The translations under genes were made by a program, and so were the position numbers. From positions 1 through 60,091 of the IMG/VR virus record IMGVR_UViG_3300046095_000129: 60,091 nucleotides of DNA; one strand, written 5' to 3'. How positions within the stretch are numbered: the stretch's first letter is position 1; each line of letters begins with the position of its first letter. Under the pieces are notes generated by a model, which saw nothing but the letters and a program-made list of their open reading frames with translations, was not told the origin of the DNA and did not search any database. Shown here piece after piece: positions 17,359 to 25,870 of the stretch. Source of the stretch: a virus (taxonomy: Duplodnaviria; Caudoviricetes).

Positions 17359-17519
17359 ACAACGAAACGCAAAGACTCATGGAAGCACTCATGTTGATCT
17401 ACGGCAGAGACTTGCAAGCCGCCACGATCACGGTGCTACTTAAAGACGGCGACACTGCTGTGCGCTTTATTACAAAGAGAAGAGCAAATGACTCAACCAA
17501 ACAAACAGCACATACATGA
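17355..17519 (+). CDS. 54-aa hypothetical protein (not in ORF track)
   Basis: GGAG RBS, ATGA overlap; MNNETQRLMEALMLIYG. Confidence 0.55.
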   Translation: MNNETQRLMEALMLIYGRDLQAATITVLLKDGDTAVRFITKRRANDSTKQTAHT

Positions 17520-17676
17520 GCGCCTTGGCATGTCTGTGGAGGAAGCACTCAACCGCCTGATCTGGTTCGGGCAGATCAGTCACAAGTACAAGGAAGAGTT
17601 TGGGGAGACGATGAACCCGAAACATCTTGAGGCCGTGCTTAATGCCACACCTCCGAAGGAAAAGAGCAATGACTAA
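17488..17676 (+). CDS. Hypothetical protein
   Basis: 62 aa within the coupled cluster. Confidence 0.65.
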   Translation: MTQPNKQHIHERLGMSVEEALNRLIWFGQISHKYKEEFGETMNPKHLEAVLNATPPKEKSND

Positions 17677-17920
17677 AGAAGAAATTCACAACATCTATTT
17701 GCACATGAGTGGCAAGGCTGAAGGCATCGCGGAAGCTACGGGGTCAGCAGACTTTCCTGTGCTGTTTGCCAATGCCATCCTTGAATATACCAAGCGTCCT
17801 TGGGTTGGTCTGACGCCAGAAGAGGTTTTGGATTTGTTTGATGTAAACAATGTCTATGGCAGTAAGTGGATTGAGTTCGCCAGAACAGTCGAAGCCGCCC
17901 TGAAAAAGAAGAACACATGA
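17669..17920 (+). CDS. Hypothetical protein with RPWVGLT module
   Basis: Start MTKEEIH at 17669 overlaps the upstream stop. Confidence 0.7.
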   Translation: MTKEEIHNIYLHMSGKAEGIAEATGSADFPVLFANAILEYTKRPWVGLTPEEVLDLFDVNNVYGSKWIEFARTVEAALKKKNT

Positions 17921-18126
17921 GATGCCCCATATGCAACGCACAGACTGACGTAAAAGACTCACGAGTAAGAAAGGAAACCAACAGTGTTATCAGAAAACGG
18001 AAATGCTTCAACGACCACATCTTCAAAACGGAAGAAAAAGCCAATCAACTTCTACGACCCATTCACGAGGGTAGACCCGAAGCTGCTGGAGCAGATGTAC
18101 CGAGCAGCACAAAGAGAAAAACTTAA
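17917..18126 (+). CDS. NrdR-N/Ogr-like zinc-ribbon protein
   Basis: MRCPIC...VKDSR...RKRKC..H.FKTEE resembles the NrdR zinc ribbon without the ATP cone. Confidence 0.7.
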   Translation: MRCPICNAQTDVKDSRVRKETNSVIRKRKCFNDHIFKTEEKANQLLRPIHEGRPEAAGADVPSSTKRKT

Positions 18127-18147
18127 ACAACTACCAGAAGCATTGCT

Positions 18148-18354
18148 ATGAAACGCTGGTCAGAACAAACTATTGAAGAACGCTTGGACAGTTCAATCAG
18201 CGTCTGGGAGAAAGCGCTAGCCAGAGTTGATCACGATGGCACGGCGCTGAATCACGACACGTATGACAAAGACCCCGTGCGCTTTCACACTGCAACGGAC
18301 TACCAAGCGTTTGTGCAAACACTTCATTCAATAAAAGATAGAGGTGTATGGTGA
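18148..18354 (+). CDS. Hypothetical protein
   Basis: 68 aa, weak RBS. Confidence 0.55.
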   Translation: MKRWSEQTIEERLDSSISVWEKALARVDHDGTALNHDTYDKDPVRFHTATDYQAFVQTLHSIKDRGVW

Positions 18355-18527
18355 GTGGCATACCCACATTCAGCACTTGGGACAGGGCAACGCTAGATCA
18401 GTTTGCGCTGGACGCATGCGTCAAGATGCAACAGCAGCAAGAAACGATTGAGCAGTTGACGCTGGATAAGAAGACCGCCCTTGAAGCGTACCGCAGGCTA
18501 ATAAAAGAGACTTCACATGACGCCTGA
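18348..18527 (+). CDS. 59-aa coiled-coil protein (not in ORF track)
   Basis: GAGG RBS; reads MVSGIPTFSTWDRATLDQFA; fills the gap before VRR-NUC. Confidence 0.6.
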   Translation: MVSGIPTFSTWDRATLDQFALDACVKMQQQQETIEQLTLDKKTALEAYRRLIKETSHDA

Positions 18528-18825
18528 AGCAAAAGTTAAAACGGCAATCAAGAAGCTGTTGGATGCCCATGAGGTGTACTACTTCATGCCAGCAGCCAAC
18601 GGATACGGACGCGCAGGGATACCCGACATCGTGTGCTGCATCAACGGGTGCTTCCTTGCGATTGAGTGCAAGGCAGGCAAGGGGAAAACAACAGCCCTGC
18701 AAGACAGGGAGTTGATAGCCATCCACAAGGCAGGAGGTAGCGCTGTGGTTATCAACGAGACATCCCTGCACACATTGCAGGGAATCATTACAGACATCAA
18801 ACAAAGGACAACAAAATGGACTTAG
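18517..18825 (+). CDS. VRR-NUC nuclease / putative Holliday-junction resolvase
   Basis: MTPEAKVK, AGIPDI, FLAIECKAG, TTALQ motifs. Confidence 0.9.
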   Translation: MTPEAKVKTAIKKLLDAHEVYYFMPAANGYGRAGIPDIVCCINGCFLAIECKAGKGKTTALQDRELIAIHKAGGSAVVINETSLHTLQGIITDIKQRTTKWT

Positions 18826-19103
18826 AGACTGAACGCATGCAAGCCATGCAGAATGAGATGAACGAGCGGCTTGAGCTTTTCTCGGCGGAAGAGAAAGTGC
18901 ATCTGGCAGAACTCATGCTTGTGTTAACCCGGTGCTACGGCCCTGATCCAAACTGCGCTGTGGTGCTGGCCTACAACAACGGCAAACTTTCAATCATGTC
19001 AATGAACAACACAGAGCTAGAAGCACACACGCTTTGCAAAGATGCAGCAAGCATCTTGGCTGACAGCCTAGGCAGCAACAACCAACCAAAGGACATACAT
19101 TGA
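18816..19103 (+). CDS. Hypothetical protein
   Basis: AAGGA RBS; coupled to polA. Confidence 0.7.
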   Translation: MDLETERMQAMQNEMNERLELFSAEEKVHLAELMLVLTRCYGPDPNCAVVLAYNNGKLSIMSMNNTELEAHTLCKDAASILADSLGSNNQPKDIH

Positions 19104-21067
19104 GCCAACCATACGACACCATCCTGACCATCGACTTTGAAACCCGATGGGACAAGGCCGACTACACCCTCTCCAAGATGACAACCGAGGAGTACATACG
19201 TGATACTAAATTCATTGCATTCGGAGCATGCATACATGAGTATGGAACTGATAGACCTACTCAGTGGTATGGAGGAGATGAGCTTCATCGAATCCTATCA
19301 ACATATGATTGGACGCGAACAGCAGTCCTTGCACATAACGCCCAATTTGATATCGCCATACTGGAATGGGTATACGGAGTCCACCCTTGTTTCATCTTCG
19401 ACACCCTGTCAATGGCGCGAGCTTTACGGGGCGTGGAGGTTGGCAATTCCCTCGCCAAACTTGCAAGCGATTTTGGCCTTCCCCCCAAAGGGACAGCCGT
19501 ATATTCGACGGATGGATTGGCCGTCCTTGAGCCTGAGACAGAAAGAGAACTTGCTGAGTATTGTAAGCACGACATATATCTCTGCGAACAAATATTCAAA
19601 AGACTCGCGGAAGGCTACCCTACAAAGGAACTACGACTTATCGACATGACTCTGCGGATGTTCACCAACCCCACGCTGGTGCTTGACCCGGACATGCTGG
19701 CAGATGCACTGCTGGATGAGAAGGAGCAGCGGGAGGCACTGCTGCTGCGGCTCAAGATTGACGAGTCGCAGTTGGCATCCAACCCACAGTTCGCCGCCGT
19801 ACTGAACGAGCTTGGTGTGCCCACGCCATACAAGAAGAGCAAGACCACAGGTGAGCAGACCTTGGCGCTGGCTAAGACAGACGCGCTGTTCCAAGCCATG
19901 CTCAACGGAGACAACGAGGAGGTGGCGCTGCTGTGTGAGGCTAGGCTGAAGGTGAAGTCCACAACGGAGCGCACACGGGCACAGCGTTTCCTTGAGATCA
20001 GCACACGGGGCACGCTACCTGTGCCACTGTCCTACTACGGAGCCTCAACGGGACGCTGGACAGCCGCAAGGGGGAGCGCCATCAACATGCAGAACCTCAA
20101 GCGGGGGAGCTTCCTGCGTAAGGCTATCATGGCCCCGGAGGGACATCAGTTGGTGGTGGGTGACCTGTCTCAGATTGAGCCACGGGTGCTGGCATGGCTG
20201 GCTGACTACGATGATCTGCTGCACATCTTCAACGCCGGGGGTGATCCATATGCTGCCTTCGGTGCACAGATGTTCAACATCCCCGGCTTGACCAAGGAGA
20301 GTCACCCTGACTTGAGGCAGTCAGCCAAGTCAGCGCTGTTGGGTGCGGGGTACGGGCTGGGTTGGGCCAGCTTTGCTGCACAACTGCTTGTTGGGTTCCT
20401 CGGTGCGCCACCTGTGCGCTACACCAAGGAGTTTGCCAAGCAGTTGGGGGTGACAAGGGAGTCCGTAACTGAGTTTGTTGAGTGGGAGGGCAACCTAGAG
20501 AAGATGAGGGCCGTGCCACACATCTGTACCGAGCCAGAGTTGCTGATACATTGTGTTGCAGCCAAAGCGATTATTGACAACTACCGCAAGACCGCCGCGC
20601 CGGTTGTGAAATTCTGGAACTTGTGTGGGGATTTGATACACCGCAGCCTGTTCAGCGGTAAGGAGTACACGCACAAGTGCCTGACCTTTAGCAAGGGACA
20701 GATAAAACTGCCCAGTGGGATGTGCTTGCTGTACCCCAACTTGCGGCGAGGAAAGGACGAGGAAGGAAGATTGCAGTGGACGTACGGCCTAGATGCGAGT
20801 AAGATATACGCTGGCAAGATAACGAACAACGTCACGCAGGGCGTAGCAAGATGCGTGATGACAGACGGGATGCTCCGCGTAGCAAAGAGATACCCCGTCA
20901 AAGGCACAGTACACGATGAGTTGATCGCCGTTGTACCGGATGCGGAGGTTGAAGAAGCTAAGACTTGGGTCTTGGAGCAAATGACTATGGAGCCACGGTA
21001 TCTGCCGGGGATTCCATTGAACGCTAACGGCGGCGCACACCGTAGGTATGGACTAGCCAAAGGGTAA
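19100..21067 (+). CDS. polA: Family A DNA polymerase with 3'-5' exonuclease
   Basis: ExoI IDFET, ExoII AHNAQFD, motif A DLSQIEPR, motif B RQSAKSALLGAGYG, motif C VHDEL. Confidence 0.95.
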   Translation: MSQPYDTILTIDFETRWDKADYTLSKMTTEEYIRDTKFIAFGACIHEYGTDRPTQWYGGDELHRILSTYDWTRTAVLAHNAQFDIAILEWVYGVHPCFIFDTLSMARALRGVEVGNSLAKLASDFGLPPKGTAVYSTDGLAVLEPETERELAEYCKHDIYLCEQIFKRLAEGYPTKELRLIDMTLRMFTNPTLVLDPDMLADALLDEKEQREALLLRLKIDESQLASNPQFAAVLNELGVPTPYKKSKTTGEQTLALAKTDALFQAMLNGDNEEVALLCEARLKVKSTTERTRAQRFLEISTRGTLPVPLSYYGASTGRWTAARGSAINMQNLKRGSFLRKAIMAPEGHQLVVGDLSQIEPRVLAWLADYDDLLHIFNAGGDPYAAFGAQMFNIPGLTKESHPDLRQSAKSALLGAGYGLGWASFAAQLLVGFLGAPPVRYTKEFAKQLGVTRESVTEFVEWEGNLEKMRAVPHICTEPELLIHCVAAKAIIDNYRKTAAPVVKFWNLCGDLIHRSLFSGKEYTHKCLTFSKGQIKLPSGMCLLYPNLRRGKDEEGRLQWTYGLDASKIYAGKITNNVTQGVARCVMTDGMLRVAKRYPVKGTVHDELIAVVPDAEVEEAKTWVLEQMTMEPRYLPGIPLNANGGAHRRYGLAKG

Positions 21068-21072
21068 TCACA

Positions 21073-21375
21073 TTGAAGATACCAAAGAAAATCAAGATAG
21101 GTCGACGATGGTACACCATCGAAGTTGTCGAGAAGATGCCCACAACAGGGCACATGGGGGAGATCGACTACCCCCCAAACCAGCACATCCGTGTTGGCTT
21201 GCATAGCAGCAGGACAGGCAAGAGTTTCAAGCAAGAAGAAGTTGCGGACACGTTCTGGCACGAAGTGGTGCACGCCATACTGCATGACATGGACAGCAGG
21301 CTGTACCGCAACGAGACATTCGTTGGTGCGTTTGCCGCCCGTCTAACCAAAGCAATCAACTCAGCGAGGTTCTAA
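21073..21375 (+). CDS. Small HExxH zincin-like protein
   Basis: MKIPKKIKIG...TFWHEVVHAIL...ETFV pattern. Confidence 0.7.
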   Translation: MKIPKKIKIGRRWYTIEVVEKMPTTGHMGEIDYPPNQHIRVGLHSSRTGKSFKQEEVADTFWHEVVHAILHDMDSRLYRNETFVGAFAARLTKAINSARF

Positions 21376-22041
21376 ATGACCAAGGTAGTATGGAGCCACT
21401 CATCCCTCAAAGACTTTGAGGGCTGCGCCCGTAGGTATCACGAAATCAAAGTTCTTAAAAAATACAAGTTTCAAGAAACAGACGCAACGCGATACGGCAC
21501 GGACTTGCACAAAGCGGCAGAAGACTACCTTGCTGATGGGGTGGTACTGCCATCCCGGTTTGCCTTTGTCAAGGACGTTCTGGATGTGCTCGACAAGAAG
21601 CCCGGACGCAAGCTGACGGAGCACAAGATGGCGCTGACAGAAAAGCTGCGTACCTGTGCGTGGGACGCGCCTGATGTGTGGGTGCGCGGCATAGCTGACT
21701 TGCTCATCATTGATGATGAGAACCTGACAGCGTGGGTGGTGGACTACAAGACGGGCAACAACAGATACCCTGACAGAGAACAGCTTGTGCTGATGTCACT
21801 GCTGGTGTTTGCCCACTTCCCCCACATCAGGCAGGTCAGGTCGGCCTTGCTGTTTGTTGTTAAGAACGACATGGTTAAGCACAACATGTCTGTCGATGAA
21901 ACCAAAGACGAGTGGCGGCGCTATCGTGAGCGTTCAGCACGCATTTCCGCATGCATTGACAGTGGCGTGTGGAACCCCAAACAAACACCACTATGCGGGT
22001 GGTGTGCAGTGAAGAGTTGTGAATTTAATCCCAAGCACTAG
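21376..22041 (+). CDS. Cas4/RecB-like PD-(D/E)XK exonuclease
   Basis: WSHSSL...C, GTDLH, RGIADL, VVDYKTG and C-terminal CGWC...C. Confidence 0.9.
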   Translation: MTKVVWSHSSLKDFEGCARRYHEIKVLKKYKFQETDATRYGTDLHKAAEDYLADGVVLPSRFAFVKDVLDVLDKKPGRKLTEHKMALTEKLRTCAWDAPDVWVRGIADLLIIDDENLTAWVVDYKTGNNRYPDREQLVLMSLLVFAHFPHIRQVRSALLFVVKNDMVKHNMSVDETKDEWRRYRERSARISACIDSGVWNPKQTPLCGWCAVKSCEFNPKH

Positions 22042-22050
22042 GAGAACAGC

Positions 22051-22287
22051 ATGACACAAGTCAACGGCAAGCGTGACTACAAACACGCATATGTTTTGCA
22101 AAAGAAAAGCGGAGAGACAAAAGACTTTCTTGAACGACAGAAGGCACGCCAAGCATACGATGCCAAAGGCATTGATCGAACGGGGAAAGACATCGACCAC
22201 ATCACACCGATACGCAAGGGGGGCAAGTCAACACCGGGCAACACCCGACTGCGTAGTCCCAAAGCAAATCAAAGCGACAACAAATAA
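22051..22287 (+). CDS. Small HNH-like protein
   Basis: DIDHITPIRKGG...N.R.....N. Confidence 0.75.
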   Translation: MTQVNGKRDYKHAYVLQKKSGETKDFLERQKARQAYDAKGIDRTGKDIDHITPIRKGGKSTPGNTRLRSPKANQSDNK

Positions 22288-22299
22288 CACGGAGAAGCA

Positions 22300-23880
22300 A
22301 TGGAAATCATAGAAAACAAAGCACTGTTACTACGAACTCGTGACCCCGGTAAATACGGCATCATCCCCAAGAGTCGAGTCGTTGAGCAGCACGAAGACGG
22401 GTCGGCCTCGGTAGCAGTTTACTGGGGGCTGGAAGAAGCAAAGGTGCTTAGAAACTTGGGCGTCAAAGATGTACCCTCGCCCATAACCAAGCGCTATCAC
22501 TGGCCCGGACGGTACATACCGATGGCGCACCAGATTGAGACAGCCGGGTTCCTGACCATGAACCGCAAGGCGTTTTGTTTTAGTGAGCCGGGTACGGGCA
22601 AGACCCTGAGTGCGCTGTGGGCCGCAGACTACTTGATGTCACAGGGCGTAGTGCGAAGGTGTCTGATACTGTGCCCCCTGTCCATCATGCACAGCGCGTG
22701 GTTGTCGGACATGACCAGCAGCATCATCCATCGTTCTGCCATAGTCGCCCACCATGCTCAAGCTAGTCGGCGCATTGAGATGGTGCAGCAGAACTACGAG
22801 TTTGTCATTACCAACTACGATGGGCTGAACCTGATTGCGGACGAAGTGCGTAACGATGGGCGGTTTGATTTGGTGATTGCGGATGAGGCCAACGCCTACA
22901 AGATGCCCACTACCAAAAGGTGGAAGTCGTTGCAGAAAGTTGTCACACCTGACACGTACCTGTGGATGATGACCGGCACACCCGCTGCACAGTCTCCCGT
23001 AGATGCGTACGGGCTTGCCAAGTTCGTTAACCCCAACGGTGTGCCGAAGTTCTACACAGCATGGCGGGATCAGGTGATGAACAAAATCACGATGTTCAAA
23101 TGGGCTCCCAAACCAAGTGCGCCTGAGTCTGTGTTTGCTGCCTTGCAGCCTGCGATACGCTTCACCAAAGCACAGTGCCTTGACCTGCCGCCTGTCATCA
23201 CAATGGTGCGCGAAGTGCCGCTGACCCCACAGCAAAACAAGTACTACGTGATGCTCAAGGAACAGATGCTGGTGCAAGCCGCAGGGGAGACTATCACGGC
23301 TGTGAACGCTGCTGCGGGTGTGAGCAAGCTGTTGCAGATCAGTTGCGGGGCTGCGTATACAGACACAAAGGAAGTGGTGGAGTTCGACTCATCCCCACGC
23401 CTTGCTGTGTTGGAGGAAATACTAGGAGAGACACAGCGCAAGGTCATCATCTTTGCCTTGTTTCGTAGCACCATCTCAGCGATACACGCACACCTGTTGA
23501 AGCGGCACATAGCAACCGAAATGATCCACGGCGATGTACCCCCCATCAAACGGGGAGACATCATCAGGCGCTTCCAAAACGAGCCTGAACCAAGGGTGTT
23601 GGTGATGCAGCCAGCAGCATCCGCACACGGCATCACACTGACCGCTGCCGACACGGTGGTGTTCTACGGCCCCCTGATGTCTGTGGAGCAGTACACCCAG
23701 TGCATTGCCAGAGCAGACCGCAAAGGGCAGGACTCAGACAAAGTTACGGTGGTGCACATTCAGGGATCGCCCATAGAAAGACGCATGTTTAAAGCCCTTG
23801 GAGAAAAAGTGAGCGACCACTCTCTACTAACCAAGCTGTTCGACATTGAAATTAAAACAGGAAAGGGGTTGCAAATGTAA
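22300..23880 (+). CDS. SNF2-like superfamily 2 helicase
   Basis: EPGTGKT, VIADEAN (motif II variant), MTGTP, HGITLT, QCIARADRKGQ. Confidence 0.9.
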   Translation: MEIIENKALLLRTRDPGKYGIIPKSRVVEQHEDGSASVAVYWGLEEAKVLRNLGVKDVPSPITKRYHWPGRYIPMAHQIETAGFLTMNRKAFCFSEPGTGKTLSALWAADYLMSQGVVRRCLILCPLSIMHSAWLSDMTSSIIHRSAIVAHHAQASRRIEMVQQNYEFVITNYDGLNLIADEVRNDGRFDLVIADEANAYKMPTTKRWKSLQKVVTPDTYLWMMTGTPAAQSPVDAYGLAKFVNPNGVPKFYTAWRDQVMNKITMFKWAPKPSAPESVFAALQPAIRFTKAQCLDLPPVITMVREVPLTPQQNKYYVMLKEQMLVQAAGETITAVNAAAGVSKLLQISCGAAYTDTKEVVEFDSSPRLAVLEEILGETQRKVIIFALFRSTISAIHAHLLKRHIATEMIHGDVPPIKRGDIIRRFQNEPEPRVLVMQPAASAHGITLTAADTVVFYGPLMSVEQYTQCIARADRKGQDSDKVTVVHIQGSPIERRMFKALGEKVSDHSLLTKLFDIEIKTGKGLQM

Positions 23881-23911
23881 AAAAAACTACTACACTGTCC
23901 AACCCTTGACA
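23869..23911 (+). promoter_or_regulatory. Putative sigma70 promoter with TGTC-N8-GACA copy 3
   Basis: TTGCAA-16 bp-TACACT; TGTCCAACCCTTGACA at 23896-23911. Confidence 0.5.
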
Positions 23912-23930
23912 AAACTACATGGAGAAGCAA

Positions 23931-24341
23931 ATGGAAACAGAAGTGATTGAGGTGCTGCCGCTTGATCGGCTTGCCAAAATCTACCGTAAGATGCGTTCCG
24001 CAATTGAGGCCTTGACGAAAGAGTATGACACTCAAGTCGAAGCCATCAAGGAGCAGCAGGAGGGCGTGAAGAACGCCATGAAAGATCAGATGAAGGCGCT
24101 GGGCGTCACATCTGTGAAAACAGCAGAGGGCACGGTCATACTCTCCGTGAAGACCCGTTACAACACGCAGGATTGGGACTCGTTCAAACGATTCATCATC
24201 GAGAACGAAGCCGTTGACTTGCTGGAGAAGCGGATCGCACAGAGCAACATGGCGCAATTCTTGACAGAAAACCCCGGACTCGTACCTCCGGGACTCAACT
24301 CATCGTCTGAGTATGACGTAAGCGTACGCAAACCAACTTAA
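23931..24341 (+). CDS. Conserved coiled-coil replication-module protein
   Basis: GGAGAAGCAA-ATG start at 23931. Confidence 0.8.
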   Translation: METEVIEVLPLDRLAKIYRKMRSAIEALTKEYDTQVEAIKEQQEGVKNAMKDQMKALGVTSVKTAEGTVILSVKTRYNTQDWDSFKRFIIENEAVDLLEKRIAQSNMAQFLTENPGLVPPGLNSSSEYDVSVRKPT

Positions 24342-24352
24342 CAGGAACCTCA

Positions 24353-25315
24353 ATGGAAATTATGCTTTTTAACTCTAAGACTGCCCCCGCTCACGTTCGC
24401 GCAGGGCAGCTTTCCGAAACTGCCAAAGCCCTGTCGGGTGGTGCAGGTAACAACATGAAGCGCATCAGCACAAAGGGCGGTGTGTTTCGTTTGATGGCTG
24501 GCGGCAAAGAGGTCGCCAACATTGAGGAGCGCCACCTTGACATCGTGATCGTACTAGCTGCCCCCAAGGTCAGCCGCATTTTCTATGCAGCAGCGTACGA
24601 CAGCGACAAGATTGCGCCCCCTGACTGTTCTTCCACAGATGGCGAAACGCCTGATGCGGGTGTGGCTAACAAGCAGTCCGACAGTTGCATGGGTTGCCCC
24701 CAGAACATCGCTGGCTCTGGCAACGGCAACAGCCGTGCGTGCCGCTACCAACAGCGTCTGGCTGTGGTGCTGGAGGATGCGCCCGATGGTGATGTGCTGC
24801 AACTCACGCTGCCAGCAACGTCTATCTTTGGTAAGGATGAAGGCGACAAGCGCCCCCTGCAAGCCTACGCACGGTTCTTGGCGAACCAGAACCCCCCAGT
24901 TAACCCCGAGGCGGTTGTGACCCGCATGCGCTTTGACACCAAGGCTGAAGCCCCCAAGCTGTTCTTCCAACCCATGCGCTGGCTGACAGACGCCGAGTAT
25001 GCTACCGTCATGCAGCAGGCCACCACGCCTGATGCCAAGCGTGCGATTACATCCACAGTGGCGGCGGTAGACGGTATTAAAGTTGAGCCGTTGGCTCTGG
25101 CAGGCAAGGCTCCTAGCAAGCCCCCCGTTGTTGCCGAAGAAGAGGATGAGGAGGTTGTGCCGCCACCGCCAAAAGCGAAGAGGGCCAAGCCTGCTCCAGC
25201 AGCAGTAGAGGAGGAAGCAGAACCCGAGGTGCGTAAACCCGCAACCAAGGTGACGGCTGTCCCGGCTAAAAAAGGAAGCCTGTCCTCTATTGTGGCTGAT
25301 TGGGATGACGAGTAA
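24353..25315 (+). CDS. Putative ssDNA-binding/annealing protein
   Basis: Cys cluster (PDC...CMGCPQN...AC), low-complexity linker and acidic DWDDE tail as in SSBs; function inferred. Confidence 0.55.
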   Translation: MEIMLFNSKTAPAHVRAGQLSETAKALSGGAGNNMKRISTKGGVFRLMAGGKEVANIEERHLDIVIVLAAPKVSRIFYAAAYDSDKIAPPDCSSTDGETPDAGVANKQSDSCMGCPQNIAGSGNGNSRACRYQQRLAVVLEDAPDGDVLQLTLPATSIFGKDEGDKRPLQAYARFLANQNPPVNPEAVVTRMRFDTKAEAPKLFFQPMRWLTDAEYATVMQQATTPDAKRAITSTVAAVDGIKVEPLALAGKAPSKPPVVAEEEDEEVVPPPPKAKRAKPAPAAVEEEAEPEVRKPATKVTAVPAKKGSLSSIVADWDDE

Positions 25316-25436
25316 TATGTTGCTGGGGTACAAGCAGCGGTCGCATTACGTGGGTCGGGGTTCGTAGATTCCTCGTTAATTGATACATGCATATCCACGA
25401 CTGCGTTTCCTGACTTGTACCCCACACTTAATACCT

Positions 25437-25715
25437 ATGGCCTACTCACAAAAAATTATCGGACTTGTGGCGTCCACCCCTAAAACACTGGGCAACCAGC
25501 TAGGGCGGTGGGCAGTCCATCTCGATTTTCCCGTAACCAAGATAGCCCGTTCACTGGGTGTTACCCGTCAAACAGTTTATAACTGGTTCACAGGTACTGA
25601 AGTGTTCGTTGGCTATCGTGGGCGCGTGGAACTGCTTTTAAAAATTATGCAAGCATCATCCACAGCAGATGAAGCATGGAGAAAAATATGCAAGGAATAC
25701 AACCTCAAACCCTGA
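25437..25715 (+). CDS. Cro/CI-like helix-turn-helix protein
   Basis: VTKIARSLGVTRQTVYNWF. Confidence 0.85.
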   Translation: MAYSQKIIGLVASTPKTLGNQLGRWAVHLDFPVTKIARSLGVTRQTVYNWFTGTEVFVGYRGRVELLLKIMQASSTADEAWRKICKEYNLKP

Positions 25716-25858
25716 CCGATGCAGAACTGGCAAAGTATGCCTACCTGCAAGGAGCGAAGGGATTAAGCCCAGAATGGGTAACAGAACTCATCACACGCTT
25801 TGAATCGTTGCTGATGGACTACGAGGGATTAGAAGCCAAGCTAAAAGCCAAACTGTAA
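25688..25858 (+). CDS. Small hypothetical protein
   Basis: MQGIQPQTLTDAEL..., between the HTH gene and the primase. Confidence 0.6.
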   Translation: MQGIQPQTLTDAELAKYAYLQGAKGLSPEWVTELITRFESLLMDYEGLEAKLKAKL

Positions 25859-25870
25859 ACAAGGACAGAC

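Noticed and set aside
21376-22041. CRISPR-associated cas4
   Set aside because: A solo Cas4-like nuclease in a replication module is common in phages; no cas1/cas2 or array is present.
22300-23880. Inactive helicase because of DEAN instead of DEAH
   Set aside because: The catalytic DE and the other motifs are intact; the variant alone is not evidence of inactivity.
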